This document shows positions 34,301 to 47,166 of a DNA stretch of 64,000 nt, one piece after another. The position numbers were made by a program, and so were the translations under genes. The DNA comes from Phaeosaccion multiseriatum. Taxonomy: Eukaryota > Protista > Ochrophyta, other classes. Where the stretch lies: the NCBI GenBank assembly GCA_965112735.1, contig OZ218955.1, forward strand, positions 186,001 to 250,000. The letters are read 5' to 3'. The notes under the pieces are model-generated. The model saw only the letters and a program-made list of their open reading frames with translations, did not search any database and was not told the origin of the DNA. The first letter of the stretch is position 1, and every line of letters begins with the position of its first letter.

Positions 34301-37300
34301 GATGCTGACACTACATTAGGTGAGTGGGGGGGGGGGGGAGAGGAGGAGCGGAGCATAGCTACTGCGCAGGGCAACCTTCAGTCCCTCCCTTGCCAATTGA
34401 AGGCATCGCACCGCATCCCACCACGCCCTCCTTTCCTCACTTCCCCTTTGCACCAACCAACCCTGCAGCTGAGGCCCGAGCATAAGCCGAGCACAATCAA
34501 ACCCCTCACCCTGGCCCACACCTAAGCAAGACCTCACCCTCGACACCACCCCTTGCCACCCTCCCCTCCTCCTGCTCCCCCCCCCCCCCCCCCCGTCCTT
34601 CCAGCCACCCGCAAGCGCGTGCTACGCCTGCTGGCGGTGCTGGCGTGGGAGCGAGCGGAGGAGTGCGGCACAGCGCAGACCCTCTCGAGAATCGGACACT
34701 ATGTGGAGGAGCGCCTCAAGGATGCGGACATTGCGTCGCTGCAAGACGCTTGTGCTGCGTGTATCGCCAGCCTCACGCTCTCCGCGGTACCGCACGCACA
34801 CACACACGCGCACACACACACACACCCGACAAGCAGTGGCCATAATCGCGGCCATGGAAATAGTCATGGAAACAGTGGGAAGAGTGGGAAGAGTGGTGGG
34901 GGTATTGGTGGTACGGAAGCGAAGAGAGAGAATGCGTACGATGCCCACGGCCGGCACGGAGCTGCTTACATGAATGTCATGAGTCGCTTCTTGGGCCACC
35001 TTAGAGATCAGCTGCCGAGAGTCAGGAACGCTGCGGGTGTGTGTGTGGCGAGGGGCTGTGTGTTACCGCAGAGGGAGGGGAAGGACGCGTTTATTACGCT
35101 TCAGATGGTGACCACCCTCAAGAGCGCGGATGCGGAGGAGGTGCGTGAGGAGAGGGCGAGGTGGAGGGCGGGGAGAGAGGGGAGGTGACGTGGATTGGAT
35201 TCCCATGTCGCCCCCCACCCACAGCGCCTAGTGCACGTCTGTCTTCTCTCTCTTCTTGGGGCCCATCTTCTCCTTCCTCCCCGTGCACGCGCCGTCCTTC
35301 TTTGCCCCTACACCTCTCCCTGCCCACACACCTCTACCCATACGCCCATACACCTCCACCCACACGCCCCCACACCTCTCCCTGCCCGTACTCCTCTACC
35401 CATACGCCCATACACCTCCACCCACAGGTCCGTATGCAGCTCTCCCACCTCGCACAACGCATGTCCAACAGCGCTCTCCTCGCCCCCCGGGAGACGCACT
35501 GTCTGCCCACCGGGGAAGCCCTGTTCGACCACTTCTCTCGCCCCTCGGCCCTCCGCCACTACGAGGCTTTGCAGAGCGCGTCAGAGCTCGGCCTGCTGCC
35601 CCGGGGGTGGAAGGTTCGACCCTTCCCTCAGGCCAGTTTGGAACGGTCCCTGGCGTGTCAGGCATTGCATAGAACAGGGCTCAGTGCGAAGGGGGAGGAG
35701 GTGCTGGTGCTGCTGTTAGAGGCGCTTGACTCACATCAAACGGGTGAGTAAGGCAGTGAAGGCGTTATCGTGTGTTGAGAGGTCACTCACTTACTGGCGG
35801 TGAAGGAGTTGGCGAGTCCCACTCTTTCAGGTACAAGTCGCTTGCTCACTTACTCACTCACTCACTCACTTACTCACTCACTCACTCACTCACTCACTCA
35901 CTCACTCACTTCTGTCCGCTTCCACCCCCCATGCACTGCCATCCATCCATCCACTGCCATCCATCCATCCACTGCCATCCCAGTCGGCACGAAGCACGCC
36001 TTGCTGGACGCTATCACTGGGATGGTGGAGCAAGCCGTCGCAGCGGCAGAAGAGGGCGACAGCACCCTCGTCCTACTCATCTCGTCCGTCCTGCTTGCCA
36101 TTGTGCACCGCTGCGTCGCCGTGCTGCGGGACGTCGGAGGGGAAACCACCAAACTCTCCATCGCAGTAGGAGGAGAAGCAGCAGGGGGTGGAGGGAGAGG
36201 AGGAGGAGGAGGAGGAGGAGGAGGAGGAGGAGGAGGAGGAGGAGGGGGGGGGGGGGGGGAGGAGGGGCAGTAGAAATAGGAGGAGGAGTGGCGGGGGGCT
36301 GGTGGAAAGGACGTGCCGCGGCGTGCAGGACTCTGCTTGCTTTGGTGCGGGTGCGTGCGTTGTCGGCAGAGTTGCTCGCGATGAAGCCCACCACAGTCCT
36401 GACACCCCTGAAGGAGGCGCGTAGAGACGGCGTTAGGGAGGTACGCGAGGCAGCGACGGAGGCCTACAACGCCTACAGAGGCCTTTATGGGGAGACGTGG
36501 GACGAGGCGAGGGGAGGGCATGGATACCACGGTGGGCGTGGTGTGCTAGGAGGTAGAGGAGGAGGCGGAGGAGGTAGAGGAGGAGGAGGAGGAGGAGGAG
36601 GAGGAGGAGGAGGAGGAGGAGGAGGAGGAGGAGGAGGAGGAGGAGGAGGAGGAGGAGGAGGAGGAGGAGGAGGAGGAGGAGGAGGAGGAGGAGGAGGAGG
36701 AGGAGGAGGAGGAGGAGGAGGAGGAGGAGGAGGAGGAGGAGGAGGGAAGGGTGGGGTGAGGAACCCGAGAGTGGCCATCGGGGCGGCGAAGAGCGCGGCT
36801 CGGGAAGCGGTGATTAATCGAAAGAGGAGGAAGTTGATGAAAGACGAAGAGGAGGAGGAGAAGGAGAACAAGAAGAAGGGAAAGGAGAAGGACGAAGCGG
36901 GAGAAGGGGGGTGGGAGAGAGGGAAGGAGGGGGTGGACGAGAAGCACAGGTGGGAAGTCGACGTGAGGCCCAAAGACCTGAGAAAGCTAGCGGAATTGAC
37001 GGGCGGCGCGGAGGGGCAAGACCACAAGGAGGAGGAGGAGGAGGAGGAGGAGGAGGAGGAGGAGGAGGAGGAGGAGGAGGAGGAGGAGGAGGAGGAGGAG
37101 GAGGAGGAGGAGGAGGAGGAGGAGGAGGAGGAGGAGAAGGAGGAGGAGGCAGAGGAAGAGGGGGGGGATGAGGGGGAGGAGAAGGAGAAGGAGAACAAGA
37201 AACACACCAAGAAGAAGAGCAAGAAGAGCAAGAAGATGAAGGAGAAGGAGAAGGAGGACAAGAAGGAGGAAGACGAGGACGAAGACGAGGAGGAGGAAGA

Positions 37301-40300
37301 CGACGAGGACGACGAGAAGGAGGATGATAAGGAGGGGGAGGAGCAGGGAGGGGGGAGGCGAAGGGGGCACAGGGGCAGGATGGGCAGGAACGGCAGGAAG
37401 GGCGACAAGGGGGAAAGTGCCCCAGCGGCTACTGTCGGAGCGACGGCGACAGCGCTGGCGACGGCGGGAGAGTGGCCCAAAAAAAGTTTGACCAACAGCA
37501 ACGTGAGCCCCAGAGCGAAGCGCGACAGACGAGGGCTGGCGACGGAAGGAATGACCAACATGACCGGCACCAGCCCCAGAGCGAAGCGAGGCAAGCGAGC
37601 GCGTCGTGGGAGGTCCTTGTGCAAGTCTCCAAGAGAGGGTAGGGGAGAGGGTAGGGGAGAGGGTAGGGGAGAGGGTAGGGGAGAGGGTAGGGGAGAGGGT
37701 AGGGGAGAGGGTAGGGGAGAGGGTAGGGGGGGGAAGAAGAGGGGGAGAGCAGCGGGGTGGAGCCCAGAGGAGGAGGGGGGGGATGAGGAGGAAGGGGAGC
37801 AGGAGGAGGAGGGGGGCCATGAGGAGGACAGCGACGGAGAGAGCCTCTTTTGGAGACGGCCGCTGCCGAGAGGGGGAGGGGGCGGGGATGAGAGCAGTCC
37901 TCCACCTCCACGAGAGCAGCCGCGGGCGCCCTCCGCCGCTGTATCACCAACTGCTGTATCAGCAACTGCGGCTGCTCCTCCTGCTGCTGCTACTGCCTCA
38001 CCAACCGCGGCTACCGCTGTATCACCAACAGCATCACGACTTCCTGTGGCTGCTGGTGATGTATCACCAACTGCGACTGTGGCGGCTCCTCCTCCGAAGG
38101 CCAGCGCCGGCCAGATGAAAGGCGAAGGCGGTGACGACGCTACAGTTGGCGTCGACCGAAGCTCCAACAGGAAGAGCGGGAAGGAGACAGCGACGGAGAG
38201 GAGGAGAGGGAGAGGAAGGGACAGCGAGCGAGACGCAGGATCAGGGTCAGGGTCAGGGTCGGAGTCGGAGCAGCGGAAGGGGAGCCGAAGCCGCCATAGA
38301 CAGGCGAAGAGAGAGGCTCTACTCACAAGTGGGGGGGAGGAGGGGGAGGGGGAGGGGGAGGGGGGGAAGGAGGGTGATGACGATGATGCTGAGGGTTGGA
38401 GTAGCGCGGAGGAGAGTGTGAGAAGGACCAGGCGGGATGGTACTGGACGGCGCTTGAAGCAATCGCCTGGCAGAGGTCAAGCGAGGGGTCACGCAAGGAA
38501 GACCGCCGGGAGGGAGAAGAAGAAAGTGAAGAGGGCGGAGAAGGAGGAGACGGAGGAAGAGGAAGAGGAAGAAGAGGAAGAGGAGAAGAGTATGAGGAGG
38601 AAGCGGTGCAAGAAGAAGGAGGAGGACAAGAACAAGAACAACAAGAAGACGACGAAGAAAAAGAACAAAAAGAAGAAAAGGAAGGAGGAGGAGGAGGAGG
38701 AGGAGGAGGAGGAGGAGGAGGAGCACAAGAGGAAGCAGAACAGTAGGCAGAACAAGAAAAACAAGAGGGAGAAGCAGGAGGAGACGGAGGAGGAGGAAGA
38801 GGAGGAAGAGGAGGAAGAGGAGAAGAATATGAATAGGAAGCGGTGCAAGAAGAAGGAGGAGGACGAGAACAACAAAAACAAGAAGACGACGAAGAACAAG
38901 AACAAAAAGAAGAAAAGGAAGGAGGCGGAGGAGGAGGAGGAGGAGGAGGAGGAGGAGGAGGAGGAGGAGGAGGAGGAGGAGGAGGAGGAGGAGGAGGAGG
39001 AGGAGGAGGAGGAGGAGGAGGAGGAGGAGGAGGAGGAGGAGGAGGAGGAGGAGGAGGAGGAGGAGGAGGAGGAGGAGGAGGAGGAGGAGGAGGAGGAGGA
39101 GGAGGAGGAGGAGGAGGAGGAGGAGGAGGAGGAGGAGGAGGAGGAGGAGGAGGAGGAGGAGGAGGAGGAGGAGGAGAGGGAGGAGAGGGAGGAGAGGGAG
39201 GATGAGAAAGGGGATGCGCAAGAGCAGGAGCCAGCGGCGGCGTTAGAGAATGACCACAGAGGGAATCACAGAAGGAAGGCTAAGAAAAAGACGAAAGGAG
39301 GAGGTAACGGCGACGAAGTCAAGAAGAGGAAAGGAGGGGTTAACGAGACGAAAGGAGGGGTTAACGAGACGAAAGGAGTGGTTCACGGTGACGAAAGGGC
39401 GCAGAAGAGGGAGAGCAAGGAGAAGGGTGGTGATGGAAGAAAGACGGTGGGAGAGATGGTCATAGGAGAGAGAGGCAGGAGAGAAGAGGAGGAGAAAGCG
39501 CGGCTTGACCAAGAAGAAGTCGACGAGAAAGAGGAGGAGGTAGCCAAGAAAGAAGAGAGGGAGAGGGGGGGAGACGAGGATGACGAGGGGGAGAAGGAGG
39601 ACCAGGAGGAGGAGGAGGAGGAGGAGGAGGAGGAGGAGGAGAAGAAGAAGAAGAAGAAGGAGGAGGAGGAGGAGGAGGAGGAGGAGGAGGAGGAGGAGAA
39701 GAAGAAGAAGAAGAAGGAGGAGGAGGGAGAGAGGGAGACGGATGCCTCCGATGGCAACCGACGCAAGAGCTCAACTCGCAGCCCTATCAGCCACGTGGCA
39801 GGAACAGTAAGTAGAGCAAGCTTGCACCTTGATGGCAATAGAGCAAGCTTGCAACAGCCCGACGGTGAGAGACGGTTTGATGGTGGCAACGAGGGGGAAG
39901 GGCTTGAGAAGGAGGGGCGACGAGGCATGGAGGTAGACAAGCGAGAGGAGGAGGAGGAGGGGAAGGACGGTCTCCGAGCCGAGGAGGAGGAGCACAAGGA
40001 CGAGACCATCGATGGCCCTGCCTCTGTGCCCCAGTGGGATGGGAAGAAGGGAAAGAGGGGCTCATCGTCCTCATCATCAGCACAGGAGAACTTGCTGAGC
40101 CCCCTTGGGAAGAAGGGGAAGAGGGGCTCAGTACAGGAACAATTGCTGACATCCACGCTGAGCTCCACGTCTCCGCTCACCGCACGAGAGGACGACCACC
40201 GAGGATATGAAAGCGGGGATACCGCTGTATCACCAACTGCTGCTGCTGGGGCTTCTACTGCTGCTGGCGAGGATCATATGGCTGGTGACGGGGGTGAGGC

Positions 40301-43300
40301 TGGTGAACTGGGGCGTGCACCCCCGGGGTCGTCTCCCCCTGGGTCTTTCCCCCCTGGGACTCCTCTCCCACAGGTCGTATCCGCACGGTCTGATACTCAT
40401 ACTGGTACAGGTGTAGACAAAGGCAGAGAGGAGGAGAGAGACAGAGACAGAGACAGAGACGGAGCCAAGCTCCAGAGCCAACAGGATAGCGTTGCTGATG
40501 AAGGCACTGCGAAGAGTCGAGCCGACAACGCTCGAGGACAGACACGGAAGGAGAGGAAGGAGGAGCAAGACCAAAAAAGAATGGAGAAGGCGGAGGACAA
40601 GCGGCAGAAGGGGGAGGAGGTGCCGGGAGAGGAGAAGGAGGGGCAGCAGGTGGAGGAAGAGAACAAGCAGGAGAAGCAAAGGAAGAGGGAGAAGGAGAAA
40701 GAGGAGAAGGCGGAGCAGCAGCAGCAGGAGGAGGAGCAGCAGCAGGAGGTGCAGCAGGAGGGGCAGAAGGAGGAGGAGGGGCTGCAGGAGAAAGAAGAGA
40801 AGAAGGACGAGAAGAAGCAGAGGAAGAGGAAGAGGGAGAAGGAGAAGGAGAAGGAGAAGGATGCGGAGACGGAGGAGGAGGGGAGGGGTGGGGAGGGCGA
40901 GAAAGGCGAAGAGGCAACTGCGGAGGAGGAGGAGGAGGAGGAGGAGGAGGAGGGCGACAGGCTTGTGGAGTTTTACGGTGCTGAGGGGCGGCAAGGTGGC
41001 GACGAATCGACACCCCCATCACCTCTCGAAGCCCCTCGGGAGCCCAAGCTCAAGCACGAGCCCAAGCCTAAGCACGAGCCCAAGCCTAAGCGCCGAAAGG
41101 ATATGACGAGTGCGAAGAGTGCGAAAAGTGCGAAGAGTGCGAAGAGTGGGAAGCGGAAGCGGAGCCCGGCTACAGGCTCAGCAACAGGCTCAACAACAGG
41201 CTCAGCAACTGGGACGGCAGCAGGGACGGCAGAACGCGAGTCTGCCCCAGAAGCCGACATTCCAACCCCAGGGTCAGGGTCAGGGTCAGGGTCAAGGTCA
41301 GGGTCAGGGTCAGGGTCAGGGTCAGGGTCAGGGTCAGGGTCAGGGTCAGGGTCAGCGCGAGGGCCAGGGTTAAGGAGAAAGGTGGCGGAAGAGCAAGAGA
41401 AGGAGAAGGAGAAGGGGGGAGAGGAGAAAAAGAAAGAGGAGGGGAAGGAGGACGAGGAGGAGGATGACAGCAGCGGCCGCGGAATGGGCGCACCTGTGGA
41501 GGCGGTTCGGCTCCTGCGGCAGCTCGGGGACAAGGCCGACTGTCTGCAGGAGGGACTCCGGGGGCTCTCGCAGCGGATGGAGGGCATGGGGGACCAGTTG
41601 GTGATACAGCATCAGCAGCATCGGCAGGAGCAGCAGGAGTTGGTGATACAGAAGCAGAGGCAGCAGCGCACGGCGGGTGCTACCAAAGCGGGTACTGCCA
41701 AATGTGACACTCTCCCATCTGCGAAGGGGCGGCAGTTGGTGATACAGCAGCAGACTGTGCCCTGTGATGATGTCCTTGGTGGGGGCATGGATGACGACGC
41801 AGAGACCCGCCGGCAGAACAGCCACGGTCACGATCAGGGCCAGGGCCAGGGTCAGTGCCGGGGTCGGGCTCAGGGTGAGGGTAAGGATATGAGTAACACC
41901 AAGAAGAAGGCTCAGATTCGGAGCCAGGCTGAGCTTCATCATCAGGGCAGGGGCAAGGGGAAGGGACGGAGGAAGGGTGAGGGGAAGGGTGAGGGGAAGG
42001 GCCACCACCAGCAGAATCAGGCCGAGCTTCATGATGAGAATGGTCGGCGTCAGGCTCAAGGCCATGCTCAGAGCAAGGGTCAGGGTCACACTCGGAGCCA
42101 GGGGGGCGGCAATGGTGTCGTCGCGAGGGAGACGAGAGGGAGGCAACCGAAGGGCAGTACGTCACCACCACCATCTTCGCTGAGGGTAAGTCAGCGAAAC
42201 GGCAGCAGGTCAACATCGCCAAGGCAGCGGAACGGCAGCAGATCGCCATCACCATCACCATCACCACCAGCATCGCCCACGAGGGCAAAGCAGCGTAGGG
42301 GCGGCAGAGCACCATCATCATCATCACCACCACCATTATCATCTCCACCACACTCTCGTGCCCGCCCCTCTCGCAACCCCTCTGGCGGCCCATCTAGCGG
42401 CGGAGGCCCTCTGTGGCAAGAGGTGGCAGGCAGGCTACGCTCTGGGGACATCGAAGGGGCGTTCCACTGCACACTGGAAGAGGGGGACGAGAGGCAGCTG
42501 CTGTGGCTCATGCGTAAAGTGGGGCCCGAAGTCAGCCTCAGCAGGGAGGCAAGCCTCGGGCCGATGAGTCAGTGTCGCGCCAGAGGATTGGCTGGCCTCT
42601 TATCGTCACAGTCGGCGAGGACGTTGAAGAGGAGGAGGGGGGGGGGGAGGAGGGAGCGCCGCGCCGCTTCCCCTGACGAGAGGGAGGAAGAGCGCGACTT
42701 CGTTTACTTCTCGAAGCGTTTGTCCAAGACGGCGCCTTCGTCTCAAGACCTGCGGCGTCAGCAGCGACAACAGAGCCCAAGCCGAGGAGAGGGAGAGGGC
42801 AAGAGTTTCCGACTGAAGGAGGAGACCGGCCGTGGCAGGGGTCGCAGTGGCAAAGGTGACAGCAGGCGGAGGGGGAAGTACGCACAGACTGCTCCTGGGG
42901 GAGCGAGAGAGGCCCGCCCTTCCTCCGCCTCGCCCAAACGGCAGCAGCGTCCCCGCCACGGGAGGCTGGGTATGGCGACGCGAGCTCGGCTGTACCACCA
43001 ACTGGCGCGGCTGCTGGCGGCGAGGCTGTATGAGGATTACATCCTTCCGTGGGTGTTCTGTCTGGTGCGGCACGGAGAGGCAAGCCTGCTGCCCCGGGGT
43101 GTGCGCGTGGACCTCGCTGCTGCCCTGCACACGCTCTCGGCCTACCCCACCGAGGGGGGCCTGCTCGCGGCCCGGCTGCGACCACATCTGACGAGTATGC
43201 AGGGGCGAAGGGGGAGAGGAGGAGGAGGAGGAGGAGTAGGAGGAGGAGACAAGGAGCTTCGTTTCCACTTCTACGTGAACAGTGGCGAGGAGGAGGGTGA

Positions 43301-43586
43301 GGCGTACCGTGAGGCCGCCCACGGCTACGACGACTACGAATACGACAGCTTCACAGACGGCGACGACGACGACGACGAAGATGAAGACGAGGAGGAGGAG
43401 GGGGAGGAGGAGGAGCACCGCCACCGCATGCGCCATTCCGAGGAGGGCGGACAGCACTCATCCTCTAGGGTGACAAGAAGAGCCGGCCGTGGCACTCGCA
43501 CGCAAGGCACGCACGGCCACAAGGCTGAGCCTGAGGCCCTTCCCCGTGGCCGTCGCACAGTCGCACAGTCGCACAGTCGGCGCTGA
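31352..43586 (+). CDS. C2 domain + TORTIFOLIA1/SPIRAL2-like HEAT/TOG microtubule-associated protein with very large low-complexity inserts
   Basis: C2 motifs LVIKIIEGKDLLVSDLLTGTSDP, TVDPIWDQELTF and DDLGQVVIPL. HEAT motifs RLLEAFERL, RKRVLRLLAVL, RLKDAD..QDAC and WKGRAAACRTL..RRDGVREVREAA. C-terminal LWQEV..LRSGDIEGAF..LEEGDERQLLWLMRKVGP. The poly-G/poly-E tracts may hide introns or length errors. Confidence 0.7.
38928..39175 (+). repeat. (GAG)n coding trinucleotide tract (~80 Glu); a (GGA)n poly-Gly tract also lies at ~36578-36744
   Basis: Directly visible within the long ORF. Confidence 0.95.
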
Positions 43587-44174
43587 CAGCGGCGGCGATG
43601 GTTCCTCGCTTAGCCTCCGCAGTGCACTCAGCCACGCCGCAGTCAACCACGCCGCAGTCAGTCACGCCAAGATCAGCCACGCCACGATCAGCCACGCCAA
43701 GATGAGTCACGCCAAGATGAGTCACGCCAAGATCAGCGGCGAGGGTCGAGAAGTCACAGGGCCAGGTACATGAGAGGGCACAGAGCTCCCCGAGGGGGTA
43801 TTTCTTGACTTCAGAGGCGAGCGGAAGCGACAGCCGTTGCCTGCATTATTACATACCCTTGCTTGGGCCTGCTCCTATCTCAAGTACCCAAGTGTGTAAA
43901 GATGTACAGATGTGTGCGTTCGGAGAGTCTGTTGGACAAACCTGTCCAGGATGGCAGTTGCGCAGCTGCCGATGCATGCCTATACCACATTGACTACAGC
44001 CCCTGCGCACTCGAACACAATACTTCCATTATGAATTAATAATTTTTTGGACGAAGTCCGCAAAGTGACCTGGGAGAAGCGCTACAGCATTAGCTCTTCG
44101 TGTAGCTCTTTGAGATGCCTACCGACACACTTCCTTTTCAGCGTTTCCGCAGGAGCACTCCCCTTGCCGCCCGA

Positions 44175-46548
44175 TCATTTGGGACGAAACTTGTGATAGA
44201 ACACTTTGTCTCTCCACGCGGTCTTGTCACAGATGGCGGTGCCATCGGAGAATAGCCCCACGGCGTTTGGCCAGAATCCCTGGTCCGCCCAGCGAGCCAC
44301 ATACGGGCCTGGGCGGTAGTTGACGAACTCCTGAGCAAAGTCCATCACCTCGGGCGAGGTGAAGTAGCCCAATGCTCCTCCCACGAAGTTGCCATACCAC
44401 ACAAAGTAGTTATCAGTTTCATCTCCCCAGTTGAACCACGGATGCGATTTCCGATAGTGCTTGGTCATGCGAGGCTCCTCTCTCGTACCCTCATTTACCC
44501 ACCACGTCTTGGGCCCTACGTGCTGGGCCTCACCTGCGGACGATTTGTCTCTCTCCGCCTTGTCGAGAATGGCCGGTAGCACCTGCCGCTCGCACCGCTC
44601 GCTCTCCACGTCCACCCGTGTCTTGACGAACTCTCTGAGCCCCGCCTGGCACTCGGCAGGATCCATCACCAGACTCGTGTGAAGAAAAACGTCCTCTCTT
44701 TCCGCCATGCCCCGAAACAAGTTCTCAGGAGGGGTAGTGAGAAAGCCGATGTCCGTGTCTATCTTGGCAAAGAAGTGAAAGAAGCGCAGCATCCCTTCCA
44801 TGGTGTGGAACATGTCGTACACGTACCAGGTGCACATTCGGGTGTACATAAACGGCGTCGAATAGCACTTCGGCGTGCGCCAGTCGGGGGGGAGGTCCTT
44901 GGGCGTTTCGAACCCGTCGCTGACGAAGGCCCACGGCATTGTCCGATGAGTCCAGGCCAGGATGAACAATGTCTCCCCCACGCCCCCCCCCGGGGCGTCA
45001 TATTGCACTGTGTAGGCCCGGTACTCGTTGTAGGCATCTGCGGCGGTGCACGATCAAACGCCATCGGCAGCTACATCAGCAGTAGCAGCAGCAGGAAGGT
45101 GCGAGAACAGCATGCGCTCCCACAGTGCATCATCATGACAGAGTCAGAACCAACACCCGCGGCGAACGAAGCACCAACATCAGCACCAACATCCGCGACG
45201 AACGAAGCGAGGCAACACGCAAGGCGAGCATGTCGAGTGACTCCGAAGGTGCTTCAGAGAAGCAGCTGAAAGAACACAGAGAGAGCGGGCCTGCCTCACC
45301 TCTCAGAAACACGCCGTCCTGCTCGGCACCACCCCCTCTCCCTTCGCCGTCGCACTGTGCTTCTCTGGAGGGAGGCACAACAAGCGACAACCACACACAC
45401 ACGTACGCACACATACATACGCACACATACAGGGGTGACAGGCGGTAGACGGAGCAGGCAAGGGCAGAGGGAGGGCAGGTGAAAGGGCAGAGAGAGGGTT
45501 TGCGTGTTTCCGTCAAAGCACACCCGTTGGCTGGGCCCGAAACAAAGTGCTGTCACCCTCCTTCGCTCACGCCACCCTACTGACTAGTCCGTAGTCCGTC
45601 CCTCCCTCTCCTCCTCACTATGTCGGCTCCCTCTCTCACTGCGTCCGTCCATCCGTCCCTCCCTCCCTCCCTTACCCTTTCCGTCTAAAGCATGCCATGG
45701 AAGCGGGCACGAGCCCTAGGAACTGCTCCAGGTCCCGCCTGTCTGTCTCCCGCTGTTCCAGCGGCATATCCTCGGGGTGGCGATCCATACTCAAGAGGAC
45801 AACGCCGCTGTCCCCAACAGAAGAGAAGAGGTGCGTCCCCCAGTCCGCCCATGAGACATTAAACCCTTTATGGGCGTTTTTGAGGTACTGCGTCGTCTGT
45901 GCGGCGGTGACGATCACTCCTTTGGCCTCTGCCGGCTCCACAGGACGCCTGTTGTTGTTATCATGGTTTGTTTTTGTTGATGATTCAGCGCATGTACGGC
46001 CGAGCACGACGCGATGCTGTCTGTTAGCCCACATAGGGTTCCTCCTCTCCCTCCCCACTCTTTCTGCGAGGCTTGTGCTCAGCAAACCCCTCCTCTTCGA
46101 CCCCTGACGCACTATCCGCTATCCGCTATCCGCTATCGCGCGCTATCCGCTATCGCCGGCGCCAGCCGATCCGCTATCCGCTATATCCGCTATAGCGCGC
46201 TTTCGAGAATGTGGGCGATAGCGCGTCAGGGGTCGATCCTCTCTAAACTCTCTGCTCCGACGCCGCCGCACCTGTTGGATGTGAAGCGGAGGGCTTTGCT
46301 CTTTGGGTCCGTCGCGGAGCAAAAGGGCTTATCGTCCGGAGTGAGCCCCAGGCTTTGGTCTGCCAAGACAAACTCCTTGCTCTTCCCTTGTTGCCGCCCG
46401 GACACGATCCACAGCTGCAGGAAACCGTGACGATTGAGAAGCAAGTAAGGGAAGGGTGGAGGGGGGGGATGCTCTGCGCCAGCACTTCTCGATAGGATGC
46501 AATTACCTCATCATCTCTAAATGGCTCCCGGTCCTGAGCATGCTCATC

Positions 46549-46590
<42 letters not shown>

Positions 46591-46810
46591 AATGACAGAG
46601 GACAGAGGGGGAGGGAGGGTGATGCTGGCGCAGCACTTCGAAGAGAGGATGGGCAGGATTGTCGCTTACCTCGTATCGTTTCTCATCTTCTCTCCCCTCC
46701 TCTTTTACCCGTCCTACCTCAGGGGAAGCAGGCTGTCGGGGCCATAACGCGATCGCTAGGATCGCTAAAAGAAAGCATGCGACAAATCCACTCAAGCGTG
46801 GGAGGCGCAT
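44175..46810 (-). pseudogene. GT15-like (Kre2/Mnt1 alpha-mannosyltransferase-like) copy 1, exon interrupted by a MITE
   Basis: Type-II anchor MRLPRLSGFVACFLLAILAIALW. Motifs YTRMC, KIDTD, WYGNF..GYFTSPEV and RWADQ. A 140-bp insertion at 46097 adds an in-frame stop (ERIDP*). Confidence 0.6.
46097..46236. mobile_element. MITE family B (140 bp), 20-bp TIRs, 6-bp TSD TCCTCT
   Basis: TCGACCCCTGACGCACTATC ... GATAGCGCGTCAGGGGTCGA with TCCTCT on both sides. The paralogous site near 50319 is empty (single TCCTCT). Internal GCGGATA repeats. Confidence 0.95.
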
Positions 46811-46970
46811 ATCCTTCCTCCTTTCCCTCATGCCGGGCTGCTCGCTGAAGAAGAATATAAGAAAAAGATAAGTCGAGTTGCTGGAAGCAAGGTAAAGTGA
46901 GAAAGAAAAGAAAAAAATGGAGGAGGAGAAGGCCTTCCCTCTCTCGCGCTAGAATTCTCCAACCAGAACA

Positions 46971-47166
46971 TCGACCCCTGACGCGCTATCGCCCACATTC
47001 TCGATAGCGCGCTATCGGGCCCCGCGCTATCGGCCGCCGGCGGATAACGGATAGCGGATCGGCTGGCGCCGGCGATAGCGGATAGCGGATCGGCTGCCGG
47101 CGATAGCGGATAGCACGCCGGCTGGTGCTGGCGATAGCGGATAGCGGATAGTGCGTCAGGGGTGGT
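46971..47166. mobile_element. Second MITE family B copy, inverted, between the two duplication blocks
   Basis: Left TIR TCGACCCCTGACGCGCTATC. Right end GATAGTGCGTCAGGGGTGGT is mutated. Same internal motifs with more repeat units. No TSD. Confidence 0.85.

Noticed and set aside
35772-35983. 5' part of the 2604-aa ORF as a protein start
   Set aside because: This part is intron: (CACT)n repeats ending in CCCAG at 35983. The ORF is the last portion of a spliced gene.
36485-42393. Long antisense ORFs (poly-S/L/P)
   Set aside because: They are mirror frames of purine-rich trinucleotide coding sequence that lack stops for compositional reasons.
44038-44125. Spliceosomal snRNA or SECIS element
   Set aside because: Only an Sm-like U-run is present, with no recognisable U1/U2/U4/U5 sequence. 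The adjacent gene shows no evident Sec codon.
46097-46236. MITE acting as an introner (spliced out of the GT15 mRNA)
   Set aside because: An in-frame AG acceptor exists near its end on the minus strand, but there is no convincing GT/GC donor at the 5' boundary. It cannot be supported without RNA-seq.
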